Origin: Dehalococcoidia bacterium | GTDB lineage: Bacteria > Chloroflexota > Dehalococcoidia > UBA6926 | Length of the DNA: 64,000 bases | Assembly (NCBI GenBank): GCA_963666115.2 | Contig: CAXXET010000006.1 | Span: 224,001 to 288,000 of the forward strand | Reading direction: 5' to 3' | Part shown: one piece after another, positions 37,497 to 46,610 of the stretch | Layout: each line of letters starts with the position of its first letter | How positions within the stretch are numbered: position 1 is the stretch's first letter | Made by a program: the position numbers and the translations under genes | Notes under the pieces: model-generated | The model's input: the letters and a program-made list of their open reading frames with translations, nothing else | What the model was told of the DNA's origin: nothing | Database searches by the model: none

Positions 37497-37748
37497 GTGG
37501 AGGAATCAAAGATAACGTCCAAGGGGCAGACGACCATCCCGAAGAAGGTGCGGGAGGCGATGTCCATCAAGCCCGGCGACCGGCTGCGGTACGTGGTTGA
37601 TGACAATGTGCTGCTCGTCTTTCCCGTCCGCCCGATCAGCGAGCTTCACCGCTCTATGCCCTACGATGGTCCCACGGTGACCCTGGAGGAGATGGAGCAA
37701 GCTATCGAGGATGGGGCATTGGGCAGGCCAGTGCGGCCGAGGTCTTAG
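37497..37748 (+). CDS. AbrB/MazE-type antitoxin (VapB-like)
   Basis: SKITSKGQTTIPKKVREAM.IKPGDRL; GTG start after AAGGAGG. Confidence 0.9.
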   Translation: MEESKITSKGQTTIPKKVREAMSIKPGDRLRYVVDDNVLLVFPVRPISELHRSMPYDGPTVTLEEMEQAIEDGALGRPVRPRS

Positions 37749-37752
37749 GGGA

Positions 37753-38154
37753 ATGGTCGGTATCGACACCAACGTCCTGCTTCGCTATATCGTTGGGGAT
37801 GACGCTGGACAAGAGGCGGCGGCGACATTGCTGCTGGCGGGACTCACTCCGGAAAACCAGGGTTTCATTTGTCGGGAGGTGGTTCTCGAAACTGTGTGGG
37901 TGCTCGAACGCTCCTACCGGTTTTCACGCGCGCGCATAGCGACGGAACTGTCCACGTTCATCAATAGCGATCATCTCGTGCTGGAAACCGCTGAGGAGGT
38001 GGCGCGGGCAGCTATGCTTTACCGTGATGGCAACGACGATTTTTCGGACCTGTTGATCATGGAGGCGGCGCGGAGGATGGACGCGCTGCCGCTGTATACG
38101 TTTGACCGCAGGCTTGCTCGTATGGATGGGGCGGCGCTGGTGGGCGGAGGGTAG
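37753..38154 (+). CDS. vapC: PIN-domain toxin
   Basis: IDTNVLLR, VVLETVWVL, DFSD.LI, LYTFDR. Confidence 0.92.
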   Translation: MVGIDTNVLLRYIVGDDAGQEAAATLLLAGLTPENQGFICREVVLETVWVLERSYRFSRARIATELSTFINSDHLVLETAEEVARAAMLYRDGNDDFSDLLIMEAARRMDALPLYTFDRRLARMDGAALVGGG

Positions 38155-38163
38155 GGTGACGGT

Positions 38164-39033
38164 ATGGTTCGCGTTGTTAGCTGGAATATCGCCAGGCGAC
38201 ATGATCCGTGGCGGGAGCTTGTCGGAATGGATGCTGACATTGCGCTTGTGCAGGAGGGTGGTCAGCCGCCGGGGGATGTCCTGGACAGCGTCGATATAGG
38301 CCCAAAGGAATCGTACGATTCCCACCACTGGAACTCTGATTGGTGGAAGGGGCGCTGGCCGTATCTTGCTGAGCGTTGGCCCATGGTCGTCAAGCTGTCT
38401 GACAGTGTGGATGTGGAGTGGTTTAGACAGATTGCTCCAATAAGCGAGACTGCGGATGATGAGATTGCTGTCAGCGGTATTGGGACGATAACGGCCGTCA
38501 GAGTTACCCCAAAGGACGGTTCGACTGAGCCGTTTATCGCGATTTCCATGTACGCAAGGTGGCTTGGTCCGCATCCGAGCGTGGGGTCATCGTGGATATA
38601 CGCGGACGCTTCGGCGCACCGCATCATCTCTGATCTGTCTGCCTTTATCGGCTATGAGGATGCCAGCCGGCACAGAATCATCGCTGCTGGTGACCTGAAC
38701 ACGGGGTATGGCTATATCAGTAATCAGTATTGGGCAGGGAGAGACCAGACGATATTCGACAGGATGTCGGCTATTGGACTTGAACTCATCGGGCCGCAAG
38801 CGCCGAATGGGAGACAGGCCGTACCGATCCCTGAAGGCTTGCCGCCTGATACGAAGAATGTGCCCACCTACTACACCATCGCTCAGCGATACCCCGAGAA
38901 CGCGCAGATTCAACTCGACTATGCTTTCGCCTCGCGTGGGTTCCATGAGTCCATCAATGTCCGCGCACTCAATGAGGTTGATGAGTGGGGGCCGAGCGAC
39001 CACTGCCGGATACTGATTGATATTGATGGGTAG
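38164..39033 (+). CDS. Endonuclease/exonuclease/phosphatase (EEP) family protein
   Basis: VSWNI, LVQE, AGDLN, LDY.F, SDH motifs. Confidence 0.88.
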   Translation: MVRVVSWNIARRHDPWRELVGMDADIALVQEGGQPPGDVLDSVDIGPKESYDSHHWNSDWWKGRWPYLAERWPMVVKLSDSVDVEWFRQIAPISETADDEIAVSGIGTITAVRVTPKDGSTEPFIAISMYARWLGPHPSVGSSWIYADASAHRIISDLSAFIGYEDASRHRIIAAGDLNTGYGYISNQYWAGRDQTIFDRMSAIGLELIGPQAPNGRQAVPIPEGLPPDTKNVPTYYTIAQRYPENAQIQLDYAFASRGFHESINVRALNEVDEWGPSDHCRILIDIDG

Positions 39034-39066
39034 AGGCGCGAGAGACAGCGCCGACACGGAGGGACA

Positions 39067-40116
39067 ATGACGATTTCCGATAACGATAGCCTGCTGAGTT
39101 TCGTCGTGCTGCGGCACACGATGGGGCCGGAGGACGCGGCGACGGATGCCCTGTCTTTCATCCTGAAACGCTCGCCCTCCGCCATGCGGGCGTTATCTGA
39201 GTGCCTGGGCGATGACGACGGCCCACTGCCTGTTGCACGAGTGGGCACCCAAGCGTTTCTTGAGTCGTCCAGAGCCTACCCGGACATGGCACTGCATGAC
39301 TCCGAGGACAACTTGTCGGCATACGTCGAATCGAAGTTTTGGGCGCCACTGACCCACAACCAACCTGTCACCTATTGGGAAGCGCTGCCAACGGACAGGA
39401 GGTCCGTGCTGATGTTTCTGGCTCCCAAATACCGCGTCGATGAGCCGTCTCTGTGGGAGGAGTTGGTGAGTCGACTGCGCGAGAAGGGGCACAAACTGGG
39501 CCCGACGGATAGGAACGCAATGGGAATCTCGGCGAAATCGGCAATCGATCAGCGCCGCTTGATGCTCGCCAGCTGGACGGTATTGCTTGGCAAATTGGAG
39601 GGGAGTGCCAAGAAAGATGGGGATGCCCAGGCAGAATTCGAGGTCGTGCAACTGCAGGCACTGGCTGCGAATGTCGTAGGGGGCACCAGTGATCCTGAGA
39701 AAGAAGAATTCAAGCAGATACTTGCGGACGCCGTGGCCCGTCTCAGGGAATCCGGTTGGGCCGATACCAAGGGACTAACGGTAGGTCAGGGATACGGGTA
39801 CTACGGCAGGTATCTGCGTCTCGCGGGTGCCTATGCTTGGCTCGGTATTGTCGATGAGGCTGCAAAACAGATGCCTGATAAGCCGTTGTGGTTGTCTTTT
39901 GGACCGTGGGATCCCGATTACGTCGGCTTGGATTTGGTGCGCGACAGGCTAGAGGATGAGCTTGAATCAAGAACGGAGTGGCATGGTCTGCTGAATGTCT
40001 GTGTGCCGCTCTCCTTGCCGACGGACGCCGGCGCAAACGCGATGCGCCACGCTATCGTGACCGAGTTGGAGCGTATCGCCAGGCTCATTGACCCCGATGG
40101 GCCGACGTATAGGTGA
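39067..40116 (+). CDS. PD-(D/E)XK nuclease-like protein
   Basis: EDAAT..L, PD-(11)-ESKFWA.LT.NQP..Y pattern. Confidence 0.7.
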   Translation: MTISDNDSLLSFVVLRHTMGPEDAATDALSFILKRSPSAMRALSECLGDDDGPLPVARVGTQAFLESSRAYPDMALHDSEDNLSAYVESKFWAPLTHNQPVTYWEALPTDRRSVLMFLAPKYRVDEPSLWEELVSRLREKGHKLGPTDRNAMGISAKSAIDQRRLMLASWTVLLGKLEGSAKKDGDAQAEFEVVQLQALAANVVGGTSDPEKEEFKQILADAVARLRESGWADTKGLTVGQGYGYYGRYLRLAGAYAWLGIVDEAAKQMPDKPLWLSFGPWDPDYVGLDLVRDRLEDELESRTEWHGLLNVCVPLSLPTDAGANAMRHAIVTELERIARLIDPDGPTYR

Positions 40117-40142
40117 ATGCACTCAATGGCGTTGAGGGATCT

Positions 40143-40448
40143 ATGACCATTCCTAGTCCGGAGGATTTTTGGGCGGTGTTTGAGGGGGCGCCTTCGTTGG
40201 CGGGGGATGCTTCGTTGCTGGAGCACGTGGGGCGGCGGTTTCATTCCAAGTACCTAGAGACGATCATGCGGGCGCGTGACGATGCGGCGGCGGACCGCGC
40301 GTGGGAGGGGTTCTACTTTTGGATGGTTTTTCCCGAAACGAACCGCAAGCCGTTTGAGATTCCGCCAGAGGAGGCGAGCGCGCTGCTGGAGGCGCTCAAG
40401 CCGTTGGTGGCGCGGCTGCGGGAGGGGCTGCGGGCTAGCCAAGCTTGA
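40143..40448 (+). CDS. Hypothetical protein
   Basis: ORF with RBS GAGGGA and host-like codon usage; 3' end overlaps the ffh 3' end. Confidence 0.6.
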   Translation: MTIPSPEDFWAVFEGAPSLAGDASLLEHVGRRFHSKYLETIMRARDDAAADRAWEGFYFWMVFPETNRKPFEIPPEEASALLEALKPLVARLREGLRASQA

Positions 40449-41766
40449 ATGGCAGGCCCCTGATTTTCTTGCCTGACGATAGCTGCTTCATCAGCTTTCG
40501 CATCTCCATGAACTGGTTGAGCATCCGGTTCACGTCCGCGGGCTGTGTGCCGCTGCCCCGCGCGATGCGTTTGCGGCGGCTGCCGCCGATGATCTCCGGC
40601 CTCTCGCGCTCCTCCGGCGTCATGGACAGCACGATGGCCTCCACGCGCTTGATCTGCTTTTCGTCGAACGCGTCCGCCGAAACCTTGCCCTTGAGTTGAG
40701 AGAAGCCCGGCACCATATCGACCAGTTGCGCCATGCCGCCCATGTTGCGCAACTGGTTCATCTGGTCCAGGAAGTCGTTGAGGTCGAAACTGGCCGTTCG
40801 GAGCTTGCGCTCTATCTCCTGCGCCTTGGCCTCGTCGATGGTCTGCTGCGCCTTTTCGACGAGGGTGACGACGTCGCCCATGCCAAGGATGCGTCCGGCG
40901 AGTCGATCCGGGTAGAACGGCTCCAGCGCGTCCATCCGCTCGCCAACGCCGATGAACATGACGGGGAGGCCGGTGACGGCGGTGATCGAGAGTGCCGCGC
41001 CGCCGCGCGCGTCGCCATCCATCTTGGTCAGCACGAGGCCGGTCAGCGGCACTTGCCTGTGGAACTCCTCGGCGGCGTTGACGGCGTCCTGGCCGGTCAT
41101 GGCATCGACAACAAGCAGCACCTCGGCGGGGTTGAGCGCCTTACGCACGTCCGCCAGTTCCTTCATCAGCTCGTCATCGACCTGCAACCGCCCGCCGGTA
41201 TCGAAGATGTGCCAATGGGCGTTGGCATCGCGGGCTGCGGCGAGGGACGATTTGGCAACAGCGACGGCGTTCGAGTTGCCCGGCTCGGCGTGGACGGGCA
41301 CGTTGATCTGGCTGCCAAGCGCGGTGAGTTGCTCAATAGCGGCGGGGCGGCGCACGTCGCCCGCTCCGAGCGAGACGGCCTGTCCCTGCTGCACGAGGTT
41401 GGACGCCAGCTTGGCGGCGGTCGTGGTCTTGCCGGAGCCTTGCAGTCCGACGAGGAGGATGGTGGCGGGGCGGGTGTCGCCGGCATCCAGCGCGCGGTTC
41501 TCCTTGCCGAGAACGTCCGTCAGTTCCTCCTGTACGATCTTGATGATCTGCTGGACGGGCGTGATAGATTCCAACACGTCCTTGCCGACGGCGCGGTCAC
41601 GGATGCTCTGCTGGAGTTCGCGTACCACGCGTAGGTTGACGTCGGCCTCAAGCAGGGCGCGACGGACTTCCCGCAGCGCCTCTTCGACGTCCGCCTCGGT
41701 GATGCGGCCGCGGCCGGACAGCTTGTTGAATACGCCGGTGAGTCGTTCGGTGAGTGCTTCAAACAT
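40435..41766 (-). CDS. ffh: Signal recognition particle protein
   Basis: ALLEADV, GLQGSGKTTT, DTGGR, DAMTGQ, TKMDGDARGGAALS, ILGMGD, SMT..ER, RIARGSG. Confidence 0.98.
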   Translation of the reverse strand: MFEALTERLTGVFNKLSGRGRITEADVEEALREVRRALLEADVNLRVVRELQQSIRDRAVGKDVLESITPVQQIIKIVQEELTDVLGKENRALDAGDTRPATILLVGLQGSGKTTTAAKLASNLVQQGQAVSLGAGDVRRPAAIEQLTALGSQINVPVHAEPGNSNAVAVAKSSLAAARDANAHWHIFDTGGRLQVDDELMKELADVRKALNPAEVLLVVDAMTGQDAVNAAEEFHRQVPLTGLVLTKMDGDARGGAALSITAVTGLPVMFIGVGERMDALEPFYPDRLAGRILGMGDVVTLVEKAQQTIDEAKAQEIERKLRTASFDLNDFLDQMNQLRNMGGMAQLVDMVPGFSQLKGKVSADAFDEKQIKRVEAIVLSMTPEERERPEIIGGSRRKRIARGSGTQPADVNRMLNQFMEMRKLMKQLSSGKKIRGLPFKLG

Positions 41767-41829
41767 GGCTCTTTAAGTGTAGCGGGTGGGGGGAATGATT
41801 GCCGGCGTCGTGTCGCCCAATGGCTCCGT

Positions 41830-42216
41830 TCAGTTCCTGGTGGTGGCGGAAATCAAGGGGAGGAGACGCTCCAGCAATTCGGCAACGTCGCCCAAATCGT
41901 CTGCGATCTCATCCGCATCGAGAAACCTCTTTCGCTGGTAGTAGTTGCTGTGGAGCATCTCGGCGGAATGTCCCATTTGCACCAACCGGCGTCGATTTCC
42001 CGTTTGCGCGGCAGCCAGCCTGACGATGTGTCGAAATGCCTCGTGGCGGTTGTACTGCTGGCCCATTGCAGCGGCAACAGCCTTGACCATGTGCGATGCT
42101 GCCCCCCAGCCCTTCTCGGAGGCTTGATGGAGGTCTCCATCGGCAAGATAGGCTCGCGCTCTATCCAAGAACTCGATAGCCTGCTGGTGATAGTCCGTAA
42201 CGGCATCAGTTGTCAT
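41830..42216 (-). CDS. PaREP1/HEPN-like protein
   Basis: A..YL..GDL.QASEKGWGA...VKA and LHSNYY motifs; RBS GGGAGG. Confidence 0.75.
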   Translation of the reverse strand: MTTDAVTDYHQQAIEFLDRARAYLADGDLHQASEKGWGAASHMVKAVAAAMGQQYNRHEAFRHIVRLAAAQTGNRRRLVQMGHSAEMLHSNYYQRKRFLDADEIADDLGDVAELLERLLPLISATTRN

Positions 42217-42291
42217 TCGTTCCTCCCGAGCCCAGTTTACGAAGCAGAATGAATGTTGGGCAAGTTGTGGCGCACAGAGCGGGCGGAATCC

Positions 42292-42366
42292 TGGAGCGGG
42301 CGATGGGGATCGAACCCACGACATTCTGCTTGGGAAGCAGACACTCTACCACTGAGTTACGCCCGC
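42292..42366 (-). tRNA. tRNA-Gly(CCC)
   Basis: GCGGGCGTAACTCAGTGGTAGAGTGTCTGCTTCCCAAGCAGAATGTCGTGGGTTCGATCCCCATCGCCCGCTCCA. Confidence 0.97.
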
Positions 42367-42518
42367 TCGGCTAAGTGCGCCGCGCCATCCCTCATGCCAT
42401 CCCTGGGGACGCGCAGCACAGAACAATCTATGCGCCGCCCCACGCCAATTGTCAAGGCATCGGCAGTATCCGACTAGGCGCTGAGCCGCAGGGCGACGGT
42501 GTGGAGTAAAGTGGCGCC

Positions 42519-43238
42519 CTATTGCAGCGGAGCCTGCTCTACGAACCGCTTGGCCGATTCGACCATGTACTGTTTCTTGCACCCGGGGCAGTACAGATAC
42601 CATTCGAAGTAATAGTGCTGATTCGGCTTAAGCTTCTTGCGCTTGGGAACACGTCTTTCGACAGGTGTTCCACAGTTAGCACAAGGTTGACCGGGCTCCG
42701 TCATCTTGGTCAAGGAGCCACCTGATGCGCGGAGCATCTGTTGTGGAGACGAGCCTGCCTCCGCGGATTCGTAACCCTCGTCGATGCGTAGGTTCCGCAA
42801 CTTGCCAGCCTCTGTCGCCAGTCTATCAGCGCGTTCGTTCCCCGGGTTTCCAGCGTGCCCACGCACCCAACGGAAGTCCACGTTGTGCCGCTCGCGCGCG
42901 ACAAGGAGACGTTCCCACAAGTCAGGGTTCACCGCCGGCTCTTTCTTTGTGCGCATCCAGCCGTTTGCTCTCCACTTTTCTGCCCAGCCTTTGGAGATGC
43001 TATCGACGACGTACCTGGAGTCGCTGTAGAGCGTTACGTCGGATGGATTTTTGAGGGCTTCGAGGCCGCAGATTGCCGCCATGATCTCCATGCGGTTGTT
43101 CGTGGTCGCCCGGAATCCTCCCGAAAGCTCCTTGCGACGTTCACCGGAAAGCAGCACGACGCCATAGCCGCCGGGCCCCGGATTTGGGTCGGCGGAGCCG
43201 TCGGTATAGATAGTGACCTGCGGACGCTTGGCGACCAT
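42519..43238 (-). CDS. rnhA: Ribonuclease HI with C-terminal CxxC...CxxC extension
   Basis: IYTDGS..NPGPGG, TTNNRME, SDSRYV, N.DLW, WVRGHAG..GNERAD.LA; tail CANC...CPGC. Confidence 0.95.
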   Translation of the reverse strand: MVAKRPQVTIYTDGSADPNPGPGGYGVVLLSGERRKELSGGFRATTNNRMEIMAAICGLEALKNPSDVTLYSDSRYVVDSISKGWAEKWRANGWMRTKKEPAVNPDLWERLLVARERHNVDFRWVRGHAGNPGNERADRLATEAGKLRNLRIDEGYESAEAGSSPQQMLRASGGSLTKMTEPGQPCANCGTPVERRVPKRKKLKPNQHYYFEWYLYCPGCKKQYMVESAKRFVEQAPLQ

Positions 43239-43270
43239 GGATTCTATCCTAGGGGCTGCGCTGCCTATGC

Positions 43271-44098
43271 TCAACCCGAATTGGCCAGGCGGCGGGCTGT
43301 TGTTATGAAGCCGGTGTGGGCGACCATGCGGTGGGCGGGGCGGAGGGTCTGGGGGCCGGCGTCCCAGGGGCGGAGGGCGATTTCGAATTGTTCGATGAGG
43401 TCGAATACGGGGTCTGCGTCCAGGTCTTGCCAGAGGCGGTGCAGTTGGAGCGTGGTGGGGACGTAGGCGAGGAAGATGCCGCCGGGGCGCATGGCGTCCC
43501 GCGCGTGGGGAATGACGCGCCATGGTTCGGGCAGGTCCAGCACGACGCGGTCTACGGCCTGCTCCTCGATGCCATCCGCGTAGATGTCCGCGACGTGGAC
43601 GGTGAGGCGGTCCGACAACTCAGGCGGCAGGAACGTCGTGATGTTGCGCTGGGCGAGTGCGGCGAAATCGTCGCGGGTTTCATAGGAATGGACGCGGCCG
43701 GATTCGCCGACGGCTTGCAGCAGCGCGATTGTCAGCGCGCCTGAGCCGATGCCCGCCTCGACCACTGTCGCGCCGGGGCGGATGTCGGCATAGGTGAGGA
43801 TCGCGCCGATGTCCTTGGGGTAGATTGGCGTCGCGCCGCGCTTCATGGTCAGGATGTAGTCGGCGAGCGTGGGCCGCAGCGCGAGGTAGACGCCGCCCTT
43901 CTGCTCCGTGCGAAACTCGCTGCCCTCCGGATGGCCGATCATGTCGTCGTGCCGGATGATGCCGGCGTGGGAGTGGAACTCGCCGCCCTCCTTAAGGGTG
44001 ACAAGGTACTTGCGGCGCTTGCGGTCGGTGAGCAGGACGAGGTCGCCGGGGCGGAAGGCGCCTGGCATGGCGGCGGGGTTGTGGGGTTGGTTGGTCAT
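43271..44098 (-). CDS. trmI: tRNA (adenine-58-N1)-methyltransferase
   Basis: RPTL..Y...M.RGATPIYPKD, EAGIGSGALT, SYE.R.DF, LDLPEPW, RP.HRMVAHTGF. Confidence 0.95.
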   Translation of the reverse strand: MTNQPHNPAAMPGAFRPGDLVLLTDRKRRKYLVTLKEGGEFHSHAGIIRHDDMIGHPEGSEFRTEQKGGVYLALRPTLADYILTMKRGATPIYPKDIGAILTYADIRPGATVVEAGIGSGALTIALLQAVGESGRVHSYETRDDFAALAQRNITTFLPPELSDRLTVHVADIYADGIEEQAVDRVVLDLPEPWRVIPHARDAMRPGGIFLAYVPTTLQLHRLWQDLDADPVFDLIEQFEIALRPWDAGPQTLRPAHRMVAHTGFITTARRLANSG

Positions 44099-44118
44099 GG
44101 TGATATGGGCAACGAAAG

Positions 44119-44229
44119 TTATGTCGCAGAGATAGCACGGTAGGCGTCAAGGGCCTCCTGGCAGTTGCCGTCAAGGTTGACGTGGATGGAGAGGGTGGGG
44201 GGGGCTTCGTACTGTTGGTGGTTTGTCAT
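44119..44229 (-). pseudogene. Possible 5' remnant of a VOC/PhnB-family gene
   Basis: MTNHQQYEAPPTLSIHVNLDGNCQEALDAYRAISAT* resembles the PhnB N-terminal L.F.GNC.EA...Y motif, then stops. Confidence 0.4.
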
Positions 44230-44288
44230 GATGGGGGGCTTTCTTGATCCATCTTTCGCCCTACACGGCACTTCAATCTCTCACGTGC

Positions 44289-46598
44289 TTACGAACTGAC
44301 TCGCTGGCTGACAGTCGCCACATGAGCAGACAGTCCGCCGAGCCAATCGAGTTCCTCCGGCGTTATGTATCTCCTTCCCGTGTGGGAAAGCCGATTCCTC
44401 AATGTATTGAGGCGATCGAACCAACCCAGCTGCGCCCTTTTGGACCGGTCGGTGGGCGACATTGCCCATATGTTGTCGAAGTCTTGCCAATTGCTGTCAG
44501 CGATAGTCTTGTAGTCAACCAAGTTCAAGAACTCATGGGCCTCTCCGCCCTCGTCGCTTTCCTCCATCCGGGCGGAAGCCGAGCGTCGGATATTCTGTGG
44601 GATTGCGGGCCTCCACCAATCGTCAACGCTGCCCTCATATCTCTCGTCCAATATCCGAAACGTTACATCGCGGATCACGTTTTCGATTGTCCCCACCAAG
44701 TTCCGGGCGGTCTCTATGTTGCCCTCGTTGCTCTGCGCCAAGAATTCACTCAGGCCCTCCGGATCAAATTTCTGGAATTTTTCGTGAACGAGAGCCATTA
44801 CGCGCATGGCCGAATTCCGGTAGCCGCTGGATCCGTAATCCCTTTGCCGAAATTCCTTCATTACGGCATCGGCGTCGGCACCAGCAAAATAGTCGACGAT
44901 GGGTTCCAGGAGATATTTGATCAGGTCCAAGAGTTCGTGTGGCGAAGACTTCCACGGTTCGGATATGTTGCGCCTAGACAATTCATACGAGAGTGCCTCA
45001 CGTACGAAACGCAGGAGCGCAGTAATTCCGTTGTTGGTGCAGAGGAAACCACCAGGGCCTGCCAGCCTGCCCCAATGTTCCGGGCAGCCCCGAGATACTT
45101 CCAACAGGAATGCTTCCACGAACTGGCTACAGCGGTCGACCGAAGAGCTGTCGTCATTAGAATACAAGGAGCCCGGAGCGAACACACCGGCAGCTATGCG
45201 ACCAACGATCTGACTGTCTCTCACGGCATCTCTCAGGGACGGTCTGGTTATCGGTCTTGAAGTCGAGTCCGAACCCCATTCCCCTGCAACCAAATCGTAG
45301 AGTGGTGACGATCTCTTGGTTGCCAAGTTAGCGGCGACTCGCGAATTCAATTGGCGCAACTTGTCCTGTGGGCCAGCCGTTGGATCAAGGATTTCCGGCT
45401 CAAGCTCCACCAGAAGCCCCTTGGGCACCCGAACCTGCTTACTGTTGATGTCAACGAACATGTTGACTTCTTCTGCAGCAGTCAATCCCTCGAATGCCAA
45501 AACCGGAACTTTCCCCTTGCTGGCAAACTCAGTACGAGCAAAGCCGTAGAGGCGGTGCTGCCCATCGATCAAGTAGGCACTACGGTACGTATTCGGCAAA
45601 TACAGAGTCCCGAAGACTGTTGAATCCTCCGCGGCAGGACCGCTAGCCTCGAATCGCAGCGGTCGAGTCGGACGAAAATTGACGACGACATTTGTAGGGA
45701 AAATGCCCCCGTTGTGCTTCTCAATGTGTTCGGCTATAGCCTTAAGTCGATTGCGCCCGAGTAGCCGCTGATACGTGCCAACAGGATCCTCCTCACTGGA
45801 GCCCCTATGACTAACGTAGGCTAGTTTAAGTAGCTTCTCCGGTTCGATAGTGAACTGGTAAAACCGATTCTTCCCGAACCTGCCTCGGACTGCCGACACC
45901 GTCTCATTAAGTCCCGATATCGTGCTTCCCTGTAGAAGGTCGCCCAAGAGTTGGTATCGCGCAGCAGACTGTAGGATTCGAACCAATTTGTCGTAGTAGT
46001 CCAGCTGTCTGTCTCGCAGCACCGCGATCTGGAATTCCCTAGCTCGCGCCCTGTCGGGTTCACTCCAGTCGATGTTCCGGGTGGCATAGACAAATATGAC
46101 TCGCCGCCGGTCGCCAGGCACGTGCCTATGCACCGCTTGACGAATCGGCTCCTGGAGGGCTCTAGTTTCACCGAGGTCCTTCTGTAGTGATCGGGAACGC
46201 AGCGTTTCTGCCGCCTTGCATTCAACTACGATGGCTGTTTCGTCATCAACAGCAAACACGTCGATCTGCTTGGTCGGCGCCCCCGAGCCATTGGAGGCTA
46301 TGGGGATTCTGAAGCGATTATCCTTATTGATTTGCTTGAATCCCATTCGTGCCAGCAACATCCATATTTCATCTTCAAGTTGTTCGCCAACAGGCTTAGG
46401 TTTCCTCATCCGCACCGTCGACTTATTTGTCCGGACAAGCTCCCAGCCGTTCTCAAGCCTCATCTCTTCTTCTGCGGATGGGAAGGTGGACTCATAGAAG
46501 CGGCTTTTCCGCTGTCGCATCGCAGCCACTATCGTCTGTCCAGATATAAGTCCGGGCAGCGCATTTGCGTCAGCGGTCTCGGGATCGCGGAGAGTCAT
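44289..46598 (-). CDS. PD-(D/E)XK nuclease - DGQHR (DndB/ParB-like) - Swt1-type HEPN fusion protein
   Basis: QIDVFAVDDETAIVVECK; YQR...RL..I, FPTNVVV, LIDGQHRLYG, F.DIN.KQ..V; C-terminal IEN.IR...WW...LRNRLSH (RxxxxH). Confidence 0.85.
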   Translation of the reverse strand: MTLRDPETADANALPGLISGQTIVAAMRQRKSRFYESTFPSAEEEMRLENGWELVRTNKSTVRMRKPKPVGEQLEDEIWMLLARMGFKQINKDNRFRIPIASNGSGAPTKQIDVFAVDDETAIVVECKAAETLRSRSLQKDLGETRALQEPIRQAVHRHVPGDRRRVIFVYATRNIDWSEPDRARAREFQIAVLRDRQLDYYDKLVRILQSAARYQLLGDLLQGSTISGLNETVSAVRGRFGKNRFYQFTIEPEKLLKLAYVSHRGSSEEDPVGTYQRLLGRNRLKAIAEHIEKHNGGIFPTNVVVNFRPTRPLRFEASGPAAEDSTVFGTLYLPNTYRSAYLIDGQHRLYGFARTEFASKGKVPVLAFEGLTAAEEVNMFVDINSKQVRVPKGLLVELEPEILDPTAGPQDKLRQLNSRVAANLATKRSSPLYDLVAGEWGSDSTSRPITRPSLRDAVRDSQIVGRIAAGVFAPGSLYSNDDSSSVDRCSQFVEAFLLEVSRGCPEHWGRLAGPGGFLCTNNGITALLRFVREALSYELSRRNISEPWKSSPHELLDLIKYLLEPIVDYFAGADADAVMKEFRQRDYGSSGYRNSAMRVMALVHEKFQKFDPEGLSEFLAQSNEGNIETARNLVGTIENVIRDVTFRILDERYEGSVDDWWRPAIPQNIRRSASARMEESDEGGEAHEFLNLVDYKTIADSNWQDFDNIWAMSPTDRSKRAQLGWFDRLNTLRNRLSHTGRRYITPEELDWLGGLSAHVATVSQRVSS

Positions 46599-46610
46599 AG
46601 CAGGCCTGCC

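Noticed and set aside
37289-37606. N-terminal extension of the 197-aa Phd ORF; similar extensions on the rnhA, IMPase and PaREP1 ORFs
   Set aside because: They overlap operators, other genes or a tRNA; internal starts with better RBS or promoter context fit the domain boundaries
16044-42366. Prophage or ICE integrated at tRNA-Gln or tRNA-Gly
   Set aside because: No integrase, phage or conjugation genes, and no duplicated tRNA 3' end seen
44289-46598. Part of a phosphorothioate (dnd) or 7-deazaguanine (dpd) cluster
   Set aside because: No dndACDE, dpdA/C or que genes in the window
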